Source of the DNA: Patescibacteria group bacterium | Lineage (GTDB): Bacteria > Patescibacteriota > Minisyncoccia > Minisyncoccales > JANBVM01 | Reading direction: 5' to 3' | NCBI GenBank assembly: GCA_024238995.1 | Contig: JANBVL010000001.1 | Coordinates: 74,059-138,058, forward strand | DNA: 64,000 nucleotides | Part shown: one piece after another, positions 54,689 to 63,016 of the stretch | Numbering within the stretch: the first letter of the stretch is position 1 | Layout of the letters: each line of letters begins with the position of its first letter | Position numbers and translations under genes: made by a program | The notes under the pieces: model-generated | What the model was told of the DNA's origin: nothing | The model's database searches: none | Seen by the model: only the letters and a program-made list of their open reading frames with translations

Positions 54689-56233
54689 TTATTCATAAGC
54701 ATTGCCTCTGCTCCTTCTGTCCAGTATTGCTTGAACTTTCTTTTGGCTTTTTACTTTATCTCCTATTTTTTCAAAAGTAATTTTCTTTTCTTTGTAATTT
54801 TCAAATTGTTCAAATAAAGATTTTCTGGAAGTGATTATGTCTTTATCTTCCATTTCCCAGAATCCTAACAGAGTTGAAATAACATCATCATCGTGAAAGG
54901 AACGTTCTGCTCCTGCTCCTGACTGCCGTGCTGAATCATTCCAGACAAACGTTTTAAATTCTTCACAAGTTTGCTTATCATAGATACTAACTAAATCTTT
55001 TCTTAATAAGTCCTGAAAATTACTAATCAGGGCTTGTTTAGTTTGATAGCTTGTTTTCCAGCCGAGCTTCTGGGTTTCTTTTCTTCCCCAAGAGCTAGTA
55101 TCAAAAGTTGTTCTTCTATAAATGTTTAGATCACTAATACCCAATAAAAGAGCCTGACCACTAGCATTTACTTCTGGAATTATTAGGGGAGTTAAACTGC
55201 TCCTTTTGTTATATTTTTCATAAATGAATCTTGTCTTTTCTATTAAGGCAGGAATAGGAATCTTGCCATTAAACTTTGCAACTTTCTGACCATCAGAAGA
55301 AATAACACTTATACTACTTGGGTCAATGACACCTTCACTTCCATCAACCCCAATCTGATAAAACTTATTCATTGGTTGCTCCCAGATTTCAAATCCTTCT
55401 TCAACAGCAATCGGTTCTTTCACCATTGCTTCAAACTTTTTTATGTATTCTGTGGCAAAAACATTGTTCTGCAACAATAGGGATATGTCCCAATTTCCCT
55501 TAACATACCTTTGAATGTAATTCTCATCGTGTTGCAACTGGTCTTGCAAATAGTCATCTGGCAAATAAGGATTATCTAGCATTGAGAATTGAAAAGTTTC
55601 AAAATCAGTTCTCTTATTTACATTCTGTATAAATTCAGGATAAACCCAAAAGTTAGCAGGATTCATATTTAAAAAAGCACATCTGATTGGAGAAGTTGTC
55701 CTCCTCAATCTTCCACACAAGGTTAGAAAAACTGATTTTTCAATTTCTTCTGCTTGGTCTAGGGCAAATCCTGACAGGTTCATTCCTTTCAAAGACTGGT
55801 TGGCTTTTCTGATGTCTGACAGGCTTCCGCTCATTAAAGCGTCTAAACCAAAAAATATAATTTTACTGCCATTAAAAAACTCAACAATGCCTGACTTAAC
55901 CCTGTGCTTATACCATTTGGCATTTGGAATTAACTCCCACAGCAAAGGCAAAATTGTTTTTTCAAGGTCTGCAACATAACGTCTGCCCAACAGAAATTCA
56001 GAATTAGGAAAGAACCAACAAAGCAGAAGCATTTTACTCAACATTGCTAGAGTTTTACCAGAACCTAAACCTCCATACAAAATCTGAAATCTTGCTTTGC
56101 TATTCAGGAACTTAATCTGCTCTGGCAGAAATTTATATTTCTTTTTTCCATACTGCCACTCTTTGACTTGATAACCCTTAAGCCATTCTTCACCCAGTTT
56201 ATTAAATTGTTTTGTCAGTTCTTGTGTATTCAT
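54689..56233 (-). CDS. terL: phage terminase large subunit
   Basis: Walker A is YGGLGSGKT and Walker B-like is GFALDQAEE. The C-terminal RNase H-like nuclease has IGVDGSEG and FHDDDVISTLLG. Confidence 0.8.
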   Translation of the reverse strand: MNTQELTKQFNKLGEEWLKGYQVKEWQYGKKKYKFLPEQIKFLNSKARFQILYGGLGSGKTLAMLSKMLLLCWFFPNSEFLLGRRYVADLEKTILPLLWELIPNAKWYKHRVKSGIVEFFNGSKIIFFGLDALMSGSLSDIRKANQSLKGMNLSGFALDQAEEIEKSVFLTLCGRLRRTTSPIRCAFLNMNPANFWVYPEFIQNVNKRTDFETFQFSMLDNPYLPDDYLQDQLQHDENYIQRYVKGNWDISLLLQNNVFATEYIKKFEAMVKEPIAVEEGFEIWEQPMNKFYQIGVDGSEGVIDPSSISVISSDGQKVAKFNGKIPIPALIEKTRFIYEKYNKRSSLTPLIIPEVNASGQALLLGISDLNIYRRTTFDTSSWGRKETQKLGWKTSYQTKQALISNFQDLLRKDLVSIYDKQTCEEFKTFVWNDSARQSGAGAERSFHDDDVISTLLGFWEMEDKDIITSRKSLFEQFENYKEKKITFEKIGDKVKSQKKVQAILDRRSRGNAYE

Positions 56234-56682
56234 AAGTCTTTAAAATTAAATCTGTGTGGGTTGGGTATATATTATAATGTAAGGAATCAAGTGGTTGGTC
56301 TCCCCCCCCTTATGTTCGGTTAATGTTCGGTTGTTGATAGGTCTCACAATATATCTTGTGCGACGTTATTTGTTCTTAAATCAGTATTCTTAATAGGTTC
56401 GTTATTCTTGACTGGCTCTAAACCTTGCTAGGAGCTGATTCTATGCCTCTAATATGAAGCGAGGAATTAACCTTGCCCTAGTTTATTAAGCTGAATATAT
56501 CCTTATCTAACCTCTTTGTGCCTGGGATTGTGGTGGGAAAGAAAGAGCGTGTGTATATGGTGCAGATACCATTCAGATATAACCATTAAGAGTTAATACC
56601 ATTCAATAACTATTCATTAGTATCTTTCTTTTCTTTGCGATTTGTTAAGACCAGTTCTTTGTGTTCTATCCTTATCTGTTTT
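56234..56682. other. 449-bp non-coding spacer between terS-like gene and terL with several short direct repeats
   Basis: No ORF on the coding strand. atgttcggtt occurs twice in tandem (56312-56332). gtgtgtatat is at 56549-58. ataccattca occurs twice, 30 bp apart (56566-75 and 56596-605), with ataaccatta between them. Confidence 0.7.
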
Positions 56683-57168
56683 CTATGTTTCTTCTTTATT
56701 CTTTTTCTTTGTGCCATTCTTTTGTTCTATCACTTCTCCTTGTTCTATCTGCTCCTTTTCTTTTGGAGCTGACATAGTTATATTAAGAGAGCCTAAATCT
56801 ATCAGAGCCTTATCTTCTCTAGGATAATGCGACAGAACTTTATTGTATTCTTGGACAGCTTGAAGTTTAGCTCTCGTATCTCCACTTTCAATTAGCCCTT
56901 TTAATATACTAGCGACTTCAGTAGGACTTATTAACGACCTCAAAATATCAGCAAACTTCTTGCCCTCATCTAACTTAATCAGTTCCACCAAATCTTTTTG
57001 TTTCTTTAACTCTTTTTGATATAGTTCGTTCTTGCCCAATTTAAAACCAATCTGATAAGCATTGGCTCTATCTTTTGCGTTATAGCATTGTAAAACAGCG
57101 TCATTTCTATCAATGCCCCTTGCCTCTAAATCAAGGACACATTTTTGTTTTAGTGTTAAATTTCTCAT
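56683..57168 (-). CDS. terminase small subunit-like HTH protein
   Basis: LTLKQKCVLDLEARGIDRNDAVLQCYNAKDRANAYQIGFKLGKN resembles the Terminase_2 N-terminal HTH (ltpkq..F...y...n...Aa..AGY). It is positioned upstream of terL. Confidence 0.55.
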   Translation of the reverse strand: MRNLTLKQKCVLDLEARGIDRNDAVLQCYNAKDRANAYQIGFKLGKNELYQKELKKQKDLVELIKLDEGKKFADILRSLISPTEVASILKGLIESGDTRAKLQAVQEYNKVLSHYPREDKALIDLGSLNITMSAPKEKEQIEQGEVIEQKNGTKKKNKEET

Positions 57169-57232
57169 TATTTTACTTTTTCAGGCTTCTAGGTTGCGTT
57201 CTAACAAGAGTAAAACAGATAGTTGATAGTTA

Positions 57233-57745
57233 TTATTCATACTGACTTCTAGCTCTTGGTTTAGGTTTCTGTCCTCTGTCTTTCTCTATTGCTTTCTCTC
57301 TTTCCCTTTCATCAACAGCAATCCTTTTAGCTATGGTTTCTTTCTTTTCTTTCTCTTTGGCTAACCTTTCATTCTCAAAAATAACAGATTCTTTTAATGA
57401 TTTCTCTTGGTTTTTTACTGCCTGTTCTCGCAATGGCATTAAAGTAATTCTTGAGTTAAGTTTCTTTTCCAACTTTGAAATTTTGGCTTTCTCCCGATTG
57501 TAAGCTATAAATTCTTTTCCATATTTATCCCTTTCTCTTTGTGTAATTTCTCCAACCTCTTTTGCAAATGGGTCTCTCTTGGATTTAATCATTTCCATTA
57601 ACTCTTTAGCGTCTTTTGATAATTGCCTTCTTCTTGCCAGAATAATTTGTTTCATTCTAGGAATTGAAACTTTAGATTCATTAACTTTTCCTTTCAATCT
57701 CTGAAAGTTCTTATATTTACTTTTTAATATCTCCTCTTGGTTCAT
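57233..57745 (-). CDS. Lys/Glu-rich coiled-coil protein (170 aa)
   Basis: Clean ORF of low complexity. No family recognised. Confidence 0.5.
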   Translation of the reverse strand: MNQEEILKSKYKNFQRLKGKVNESKVSIPRMKQIILARRRQLSKDAKELMEMIKSKRDPFAKEVGEITQRERDKYGKEFIAYNREKAKISKLEKKLNSRITLMPLREQAVKNQEKSLKESVIFENERLAKEKEKKETIAKRIAVDEREREKAIEKDRGQKPKPRARSQYE

Positions 57746-57763
57746 AATTTATTGTTTGATTAG

Positions 57764-57985
57764 TTATTTACCCTGCCATTCAGAAAAGGATTGATGTTTC
57801 TTTTTAGGAGGAGTTGAATAGTCAGGGACATAAGGGATAGAAGAAAACTCTTTGGCTTTTGTCTCTTCAAAAGACTGAACCTTAGGTTGTTTCCCCCACC
57901 CCTCCTTTTTAGCAACTTTATCTATTGCTTCATTAAGTTCCCTTAACTTATCCTCTTGCCACTTTTTAAACTCATCAGGGGTCAT
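57764..57985 (-). CDS. hypothetical protein (73 aa)
   Basis: It shares DEFKK and a C-terminal SF-x-x-W motif with 58165-58539. Confidence 0.5.
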   Translation of the reverse strand: MTPDEFKKWQEDKLRELNEAIDKVAKKEGWGKQPKVQSFEETKAKEFSSIPYVPDYSTPPKKKHQSFSEWQGK

Positions 57986-58141
57986 TTAGTTATTCTTAAT
58001 TGTTTCTCTTTTTTGCTTACCTGCAATATCCTTGTTCATTTTTTGAACTTGTTTTTTTGGTAAGCTAGGGTGGAAGTTCTCAACTTTCTTTCGGCTTAAC
58101 ATTTTGCTCCTTTTTGGCGATTTTGATTTGTTTCCTCGCAT
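57986..58141 (-). CDS. possible small basic protein (51 aa)
   Basis: Below the track cutoff. My translation is MRGNKSKSPKRSKMLSRKKVENFHPSLPKKQVQKMNKDIAGKQKRETIKNN. Its stop directly abuts the ATG of 57764-57985. Confidence 0.35.
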   Translation of the reverse strand: MRGNKSKSPKRSKMLSRKKVENFHPSLPKKQVQKMNKDIAGKQKRETIKNN

Positions 58142-58164
58142 AGTTTTTTATTTATTTTTAGTTA

Positions 58165-58539
58165 TTATTTTTTCTTCAACCTTTTAGCTCTCCAACTTTC
58201 AAAAGAGGGGTATTTCTTTGGAGTTTCTTGAACAGAAGCTCCTCCCTCAATTTCATTTTGGGCAATCACTCCCTTTTTAAACTCATCAAAAGGTAAGATT
58301 GTTTCTAATTCTGTTCCAGACTTCTCTAATCTCATTCCCTCAATCCCTTGTTTAACAAAATCACTTTCAGCTGTTTCAGAAAGAGTTTCCCCTCTTCCTT
58401 TTGCTACTACCTTAATTTCTTTAATTTCCTCATCAGAATAACCCTCTAAAACAAGAGCTTCTTCCTCTTGAGCCATTGTTTTTTCTTTTGTTTCTTTATT
58501 TTCTTCTGACATAATCTTTTTTGGCTGGGGAAGAGCCAA
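58165..58539 (-). CDS. acidic hypothetical protein (124 aa)
   Basis: PFDEFKKG and the C-terminal PSFESWRAKRLKKK parallel 57764-57985. Confidence 0.5.
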   Translation of the reverse strand: MALPQPKKIMSEENKETKEKTMAQEEEALVLEGYSDEEIKEIKVVAKGRGETLSETAESDFVKQGIEGMRLEKSGTELETILPFDEFKKGVIAQNEIEGGASVQETPKKYPSFESWRAKRLKKK

Positions 58540-58664
58540 GCGACTGACGAATGACTCTGACCCAGCGTTATTTTAATCTTTTACTTATTTTTCTTTGAAA
58601 ATGACCTTTATATCTGCGATCTAACAAGTTTTTTAATTAAAGTTGATATTTTATACTTACAAAT

Positions 58665-58754
58665 ATATAGGGGGGAAGGAGTGTATGCACACACCAAGAT
58701 ATAGATTTGAGGTGTATGCACCAAACGTGTGTGTATACAACCCTCTCCCCCTAT
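58665..58754. promoter_or_regulatory. ori-like iteron cluster bracketed by G-rich/C-rich inverted arms
   Basis: atataggggggaagg ... gtgtatgcac (58681-90) ... gtgtatgcac (58712-21) ... gtgtgtatac (58729-38) ... ccctctccccctat. An AT-rich tract lies immediately upstream (58600-58664). The cluster is directly 3' of the P-loop replication gene. Confidence 0.5.
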
Positions 58755-60079
58755 TGTTTTGACTCTACTTTTTCTTGAATTGGTATAATCAACATCTTCC
58801 TTCTGTCCATTGAGTCAGGCTCTTGGGTAATAAGACCAGCAGTAGACCACATAGGCACTATTTCTCGCCTTAATTGTTCATCAGATATAGGTCTTCCATA
58901 ACATCTAAAATGTTCATTCATTATTTCTTGCCTAGTTATTCCAACAATACCTTCAATCCACAGGGGTAAAACAATTTTATTGAAAAGGTCAAAAATGTAA
59001 GGTGGCAAATTGAGTTCTTGGCTTTGGGAGATTACTTCCCATATTTTTAAAGCATTCTTAAAATCTTCTTTCTTGCAAGTAATAACCTTATTTTCATTTA
59101 TTCCCCTGTGCCAGAGATTCAATAAAGCAAATGCTTTGGTCAAAGAAATCAATCTGGCAATATCTCTACTATGTCTTGGTTTTAAAAACTTCTTATGTCT
59201 TGATAAAAACTCCTTTTCTATTGTTTCTTTAAGCTGTTCAGAAATCTCAATACCCTTAACCCCAGTTTGTCTAATAGACTCAATCCTTTCTTTTAATTCA
59301 GTCCTTTTTGGGTTTGCTTCTAACTCTTTTCTATAAGTTTTATAGTTTGATTCTTTTTTTATTCTTTCAATTATTGATTCCCTAATTTTCTCTTGGGAGA
59401 TTTCAGGGCTTAAGAGAAGAAATCTTGTCGCTTCTTGCTCATCAATCTTTAATCCAGCAGAGCAGAAAATAACTGATGGGTAGCCCCTAACAACAATGTT
59501 TTTGGTTCGCAGTTTTCTTTTACTTCGGTCTGTAATCTTCACAAGAATTTCCTTCTTGTCGTGGGATAAAACAGGTCTCAAATGCTGAAGTAATAAAGTG
59601 TGTGGTTGGTCTAAAAATACTAAAATTTTCCTTTCAAGATTTATGACATACTGCCCATCTTTATTTTTTTTGGCTTGGTCGTGAAAAAAAGCTGTTGGGC
59701 TACAATACCCTACCTCAATCAAATCTTCTTTTGGAAATAATTTTCCAACTTCCAGAGGAATATAACTTTTTCCTGTGGAGCTTGGAGCATTGAAACTAAT
59801 GTTAAATTGAGATTTCTCTGTAAAAGCTGATAACTGGCAAAGGAAAGTTGCTAGTTTATTTTCTTGGTCTGATTTGATTGTTAAGCCCAAAACATTAAGC
59901 AATTCTTCCACCGATAAATAATCAAAAGTTTTAGGTGCTTCTTTCTTTTCTTCTTCTTTTGAAACAAATTGTTTCTCTATTTTTTTTCTTAAATCTTCAA
60001 ATACCATTACCCTTTCAAGCTGTTTGTCAGAGGCAAGTAGGAAAGGGTTTAAACTTAACCACTCACCCCCAACAAACAA
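58751..60079 (-). CDS. P-loop NTPase, putative replication initiator/helicase
   Basis: Walker A is NAPSSTGKSY and Walker B-like is ILVFLDQPH. The gene follows the primase zinc-finger gene. No closer family recognised. Confidence 0.5.
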   Translation of the reverse strand: MFVGGEWLSLNPFLLASDKQLERVMVFEDLRKKIEKQFVSKEEEKKEAPKTFDYLSVEELLNVLGLTIKSDQENKLATFLCQLSAFTEKSQFNISFNAPSSTGKSYIPLEVGKLFPKEDLIEVGYCSPTAFFHDQAKKNKDGQYVINLERKILVFLDQPHTLLLQHLRPVLSHDKKEILVKITDRSKRKLRTKNIVVRGYPSVIFCSAGLKIDEQEATRFLLLSPEISQEKIRESIIERIKKESNYKTYRKELEANPKRTELKERIESIRQTGVKGIEISEQLKETIEKEFLSRHKKFLKPRHSRDIARLISLTKAFALLNLWHRGINENKVITCKKEDFKNALKIWEVISQSQELNLPPYIFDLFNKIVLPLWIEGIVGITRQEIMNEHFRCYGRPISDEQLRREIVPMWSTAGLITQEPDSMDRRKMLIIPIQEKVESKQ

Positions 60080-60087
60080 CTTTTAAG

Positions 60088-60663
60088 TTAGTTATTTAAC
60101 ATTTTAACTGCTGACACAAAATCTAAACCTCGTAATTTCATTGTTAGGTCAATGATGTCTCCTGATTCTTTGCAAGAAAAACAATGGTAAAATTCATTTT
60201 TTAAATAAAGAGATGGTCTCTTGTCTGGGTGGAAAGGACATAAAGCCCAGATTTTATTTCTTATCTCAAGGAATTTAGAAAAAGGTTGCTGTTTAGCTCT
60301 TTGAATATCCTCGTTAGTTATTTTTCCTTTTCTAAATCTTGGAGGATTTAGCAACCAACTCAATTCTTTATGCTCTTTTATCAGCCTATCTAACTTATCT
60401 CCTGCCCAGACTTTAATTATTTGCTGTTGAAACCATTTCTTAAAGCCCTTAAGCAAAAGGGTTCTTTTTAAACTGATTTTAATTTGTAATGTTAAAGTTT
60501 TAATCTCTTTTTCTAACTTAATTAACCTTTCTTCTAAATACCTTTTTGCCTCTGGAAAAATCTCTAATAGTTGCCTATCAGTAAAAAACTCCTTATTTTC
60601 TAGATAACTTTTTTCCCACTCTTGAATTAGATTCCTTAAAATTGTTTCCTCGCTTATCAGCAT
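60088..60663 (-). CDS. CHC2 (DnaG-type) zinc-finger protein without TOPRIM domain
   Basis: CPFHPDKRPSLYLKNEFYHCFSCKESGDIIDL matches the zf-CHC2 pattern CPFH.EKTPSF.V......CFGCG..GD.I.F. Confidence 0.7.
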   Translation of the reverse strand: MLISEETILRNLIQEWEKSYLENKEFFTDRQLLEIFPEAKRYLEERLIKLEKEIKTLTLQIKISLKRTLLLKGFKKWFQQQIIKVWAGDKLDRLIKEHKELSWLLNPPRFRKGKITNEDIQRAKQQPFSKFLEIRNKIWALCPFHPDKRPSLYLKNEFYHCFSCKESGDIIDLTMKLRGLDFVSAVKMLNN

Positions 60664-60784
60664 TTTGATATTTCTTAAAATTTTCTCTTAAATCACTACC
60701 CAAAAAACTAAAAACCTTTTCCATCATTTGAGGATTTGGTTCAAATTTGTAATTAAGTTTGAAAGGTTTTTTAGTTTTCTTCAT
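60593..60784 (-). CDS. small basic ORF (63 aa) overlapping the zinc-finger gene start; KFEPNP family
   Basis: MKKTKKPFKLNYKFEPNPQMMEKVFSFLGSDL parallels the mini-ORF at 50124-50285. The DNA is also similar (aggatttggttcaaatttgtaattaagttt against aggattcggctcaaactttataatcagttt). Confidence 0.45.
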   Translation of the reverse strand: MKKTKKPFKLNYKFEPNPQMMEKVFSFLGSDLRENFKKYQNADKRGNNFKESNSRVGKKLSRK

Positions 60785-60909
60785 TGTTGGCAGTAAAGAA
60801 CATTCTTGCTAGTTTCACCTTACCACGCACTTTTGAAGAATTTGGCAAATCCTAGACAATCAAAAAAAACACTCATTTTAAGAGTGTTTTGTATCAAATC
60901 AAGTCTTAA

Positions 60910-62121
60910 CTAATCTTTAAATGGTGGGATATTACCCTCTAACCAAAACTGGTAAGAGGATTTTTCTTTTTTGATTCTCTTTAATCTTGGCAATATCATT
61001 CTTTCTTTACCAGTCTTTCTTTTAATAAACTTTTGATATTCTTTTTCCATCTTATTTTGGTATTCTTGGTCATCATAATACCTAACTAAATCACCCTTTA
61101 GTTCAACATACTTTATTAGCGTTAATGGTGGTCTTAAATATCTTTTTAAAGTTTTAGAGGATTGAGTTTTTGGTTTTACTGCGTTTAACCAATCTTCCCA
61201 GTCTTTTTCTGCTATCTCAATAAGATTTAAGGCTGGATATTTTTCTGCAAGATAGCGAAGTCTTGGATTAATGTTAAGATTGATTTGTTTTTCTGTTGAA
61301 GGAGTCCTTTCACTTTCATAAAAATTCCTTTTAAAAAAAGCATCTATTACTTCATCAGGCGACGCTTTTTCTATCTGTTTATAAATCTTTTTAAGATACC
61401 TTTTTTGCTTTTCATTTGTTGGATAAATCGGCAATAAAGTTGTTGGTTCAAGAATTGAGATTGGTATTTCAAGTTCTATATCATAAAGAAAATTATTGAA
61501 AACCCAAACAAAACCTGCTTGTTCATTCAAGGGGCTGAAACCTTTAACAATTTGCTTAATATCTTCTATCATTGGTTTCCAATCCCAACGTGCTTGTTTA
61601 AGAACCCATTTTGAGAGTTCAGGAGTTAGGTAAAGATTTCTCTCCTCATTTTTAATTTTAATCTTTGAATCATCTTTTTGTTTAAGTGGTCGGTAGAGCT
61701 TATATTTTTCTCTAAATAACTTTTTTCTTTGCTGATATTCTTTATCATTAACTACCATTATAGACAAGTTTTGGTTTCTTCTTTCATAATCTTTTAGGTC
61801 AAAGTCTTTAGATGAGTAATCAAAAATAGGAATTTCAATAATTGGTTTTATTTCAACTTTTCTCTTATTAACAGAAAGACCACCTTTAACCATTTTCTTT
61901 AACCTTACTACCCCCCACATTCCTTTTCTTTCTTTCCAAAGCCCTCTTAAACGTTTCTTGTTTTTCCTATTTTTAATCGCTTTCTCAAATTCTTCTTTTG
62001 TGGGTAGTCTTTTAAACCTAACTTCTTGCCATAATTTTTTTACTATCGCTTCAAATTCTTCAAAGACTTTTACAAAAGAAATGTCTATTTTTTTAATTGT
62101 GTTTTTTTTCTGTTTTGCCAT
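60910..62121 (-). CDS. Lys-rich hypothetical protein (403 aa)
   Basis: Long clean ORF. No family recognised. Confidence 0.55.
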   Translation of the reverse strand: MAKQKKNTIKKIDISFVKVFEEFEAIVKKLWQEVRFKRLPTKEEFEKAIKNRKNKKRLRGLWKERKGMWGVVRLKKMVKGGLSVNKRKVEIKPIIEIPIFDYSSKDFDLKDYERRNQNLSIMVVNDKEYQQRKKLFREKYKLYRPLKQKDDSKIKIKNEERNLYLTPELSKWVLKQARWDWKPMIEDIKQIVKGFSPLNEQAGFVWVFNNFLYDIELEIPISILEPTTLLPIYPTNEKQKRYLKKIYKQIEKASPDEVIDAFFKRNFYESERTPSTEKQINLNINPRLRYLAEKYPALNLIEIAEKDWEDWLNAVKPKTQSSKTLKRYLRPPLTLIKYVELKGDLVRYYDDQEYQNKMEKEYQKFIKRKTGKERMILPRLKRIKKEKSSYQFWLEGNIPPFKD

Positions 62122-62135
62122 TGGTTAAAGGGCTT

Positions 62136-62180
62136 TTCGTGAGGCAAAAACCAATGGAAATTTTAATCTTGCCCCACGAA
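62136..62180. promoter_or_regulatory. 12-bp inverted repeat (operator or hairpin)
   Basis: ttcgtgaggcaa-21 nt-ttgccccacgaa, 11/12 complementary, between two element genes. Confidence 0.45.
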
Positions 62181-62206
62181 TAACCCTGATTTATTTTTAT
62201 TCTTGC

Positions 62207-62422
62207 TTAAGGTCTTAAATTTTCTTTTCCCCTCAATTCTTCTGCTTTTTTAATAAGGTATTTTGCCAACTCACTAACAAACTCATTTATGTCTTTACTC
62301 TTCTCTGCAATTTCTTCTATTTCATTTCTTTTTTGCCAAAACAACTTGTGTGTTGCTTGACTAGTAGCAAGAAAATTTAAAGCTTGTTCTAACAATACAA
62401 ATGCACCTGCATTTAATTTCAT
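62207..62422 (-). CDS. hypothetical helical protein (71 aa), first gene at the element's right end
   Basis: Clean ORF. No family recognised. Confidence 0.5.
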   Translation of the reverse strand: MKLNAGAFVLLEQALNFLATSQATHKLFWQKRNEIEEIAEKSKDINEFVSELAKYLIKKAEELRGKENLRP

Positions 62423-62487
62423 AGATTTAAGTTAATTTTTATTTAATAAATTCCGACCTTGAAAAGTTATTTTTATTCAAACCAAAA

Positions 62488-62570
62488 AGGGACAACCCTG
62501 CTGGATACCACCTTATTTAAGGGCAGAACAGAATTGTCCCTCTTTACCCTTAAATATAAATTGGTATCCA
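62488..62570. promoter_or_regulatory. nested inverted-repeat structure near the right end of the element
   Basis: Pairs are agggacaa/ttgtccct, ggatacca (62503-10)/tggtatcc (62562-69), and ccttatttaaggg/cccttaaata. Confidence 0.5.
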
Positions 62571-62659
62571 CTTTTCATCTTACTTGTTTCAAACAAAAAA
62601 TCAAAGCTTTTTAAACTTTGATTTTAATGTTAAATTGTAATGAAATGTAATCTAAGCCT

Positions 62660-62923
62660 TTAACTTCCTCTCTTTAAACTCATGGTAGAAGAATCACCTA
62701 TCATTACAATTTTAGCGCCACACTCATAAATCAATTCAACAACAGCTCTTAAAAATCCAATGTCAGTTGAAGCCGGGCTTGGGTCAGCCGTATTAAAATT
62801 AGGTTTTAGCAAAACTGTTTCTCCCCTATTTATGAATTTTTTAAAACCACCAATTTCATTTACAGCTTTTAAAACTGACTCTTTTAAATTACTTTCAACT
62901 TTTACCTTGCTGACTTTATTCAT
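62660..62923 (-). pseudogene. DUF362 gene, N-terminal fragment
   Basis: GETVLLKPNFNTADPSPASTDIGFLRAVVELIYECGAKIVMIGDSS is the DUF362 N-terminal pattern. The reading frame ends 4 codons into foreign sequence (..SLKRGS*). Confidence 0.8.
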
Positions 62924-62966
62924 ATCTATTATTTTAAGTTTTTAAGGGTTTTTTGTCTATTTTAAA

Positions 62967-62989
62967 TAAAAAAACTGGCTCTAGGCCAG
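62967..62989 (-). terminator. weak terminator candidate after uppS
   Basis: Minus strand reads ctggc-ctaga-gccag followed by tttttttattt. The stem is only 5 bp. Confidence 0.35.
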
Positions 62990-63016
62990 CTCCTAAATAT
63001 AAACTGAAATAGACAG

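Larger units (their letters stand above)
48558..62672. mobile_element. ~14.1-kb integrative element inserted in DUF362 (serine-recombinase type; phage-satellite-like or highly reduced prophage)
   Basis: Bounded by the two DUF362 halves; ends are uncertain by about 10 bp. Contents: large serine recombinase, SAM methyltransferase, secreted-protein operon, terL, terS-like gene, ori-like iterons, P-loop replication protein, and CHC2 zinc-finger protein. Confidence 0.8.

Noticed and set aside
48558-62672. Calling the element an intact prophage
   Set aside because: At about 14 kb it has no recognisable portal, major capsid, protease, tail or lysis genes. It is therefore reported as an integrative satellite-like or highly divergent element pending remote-homology searches.
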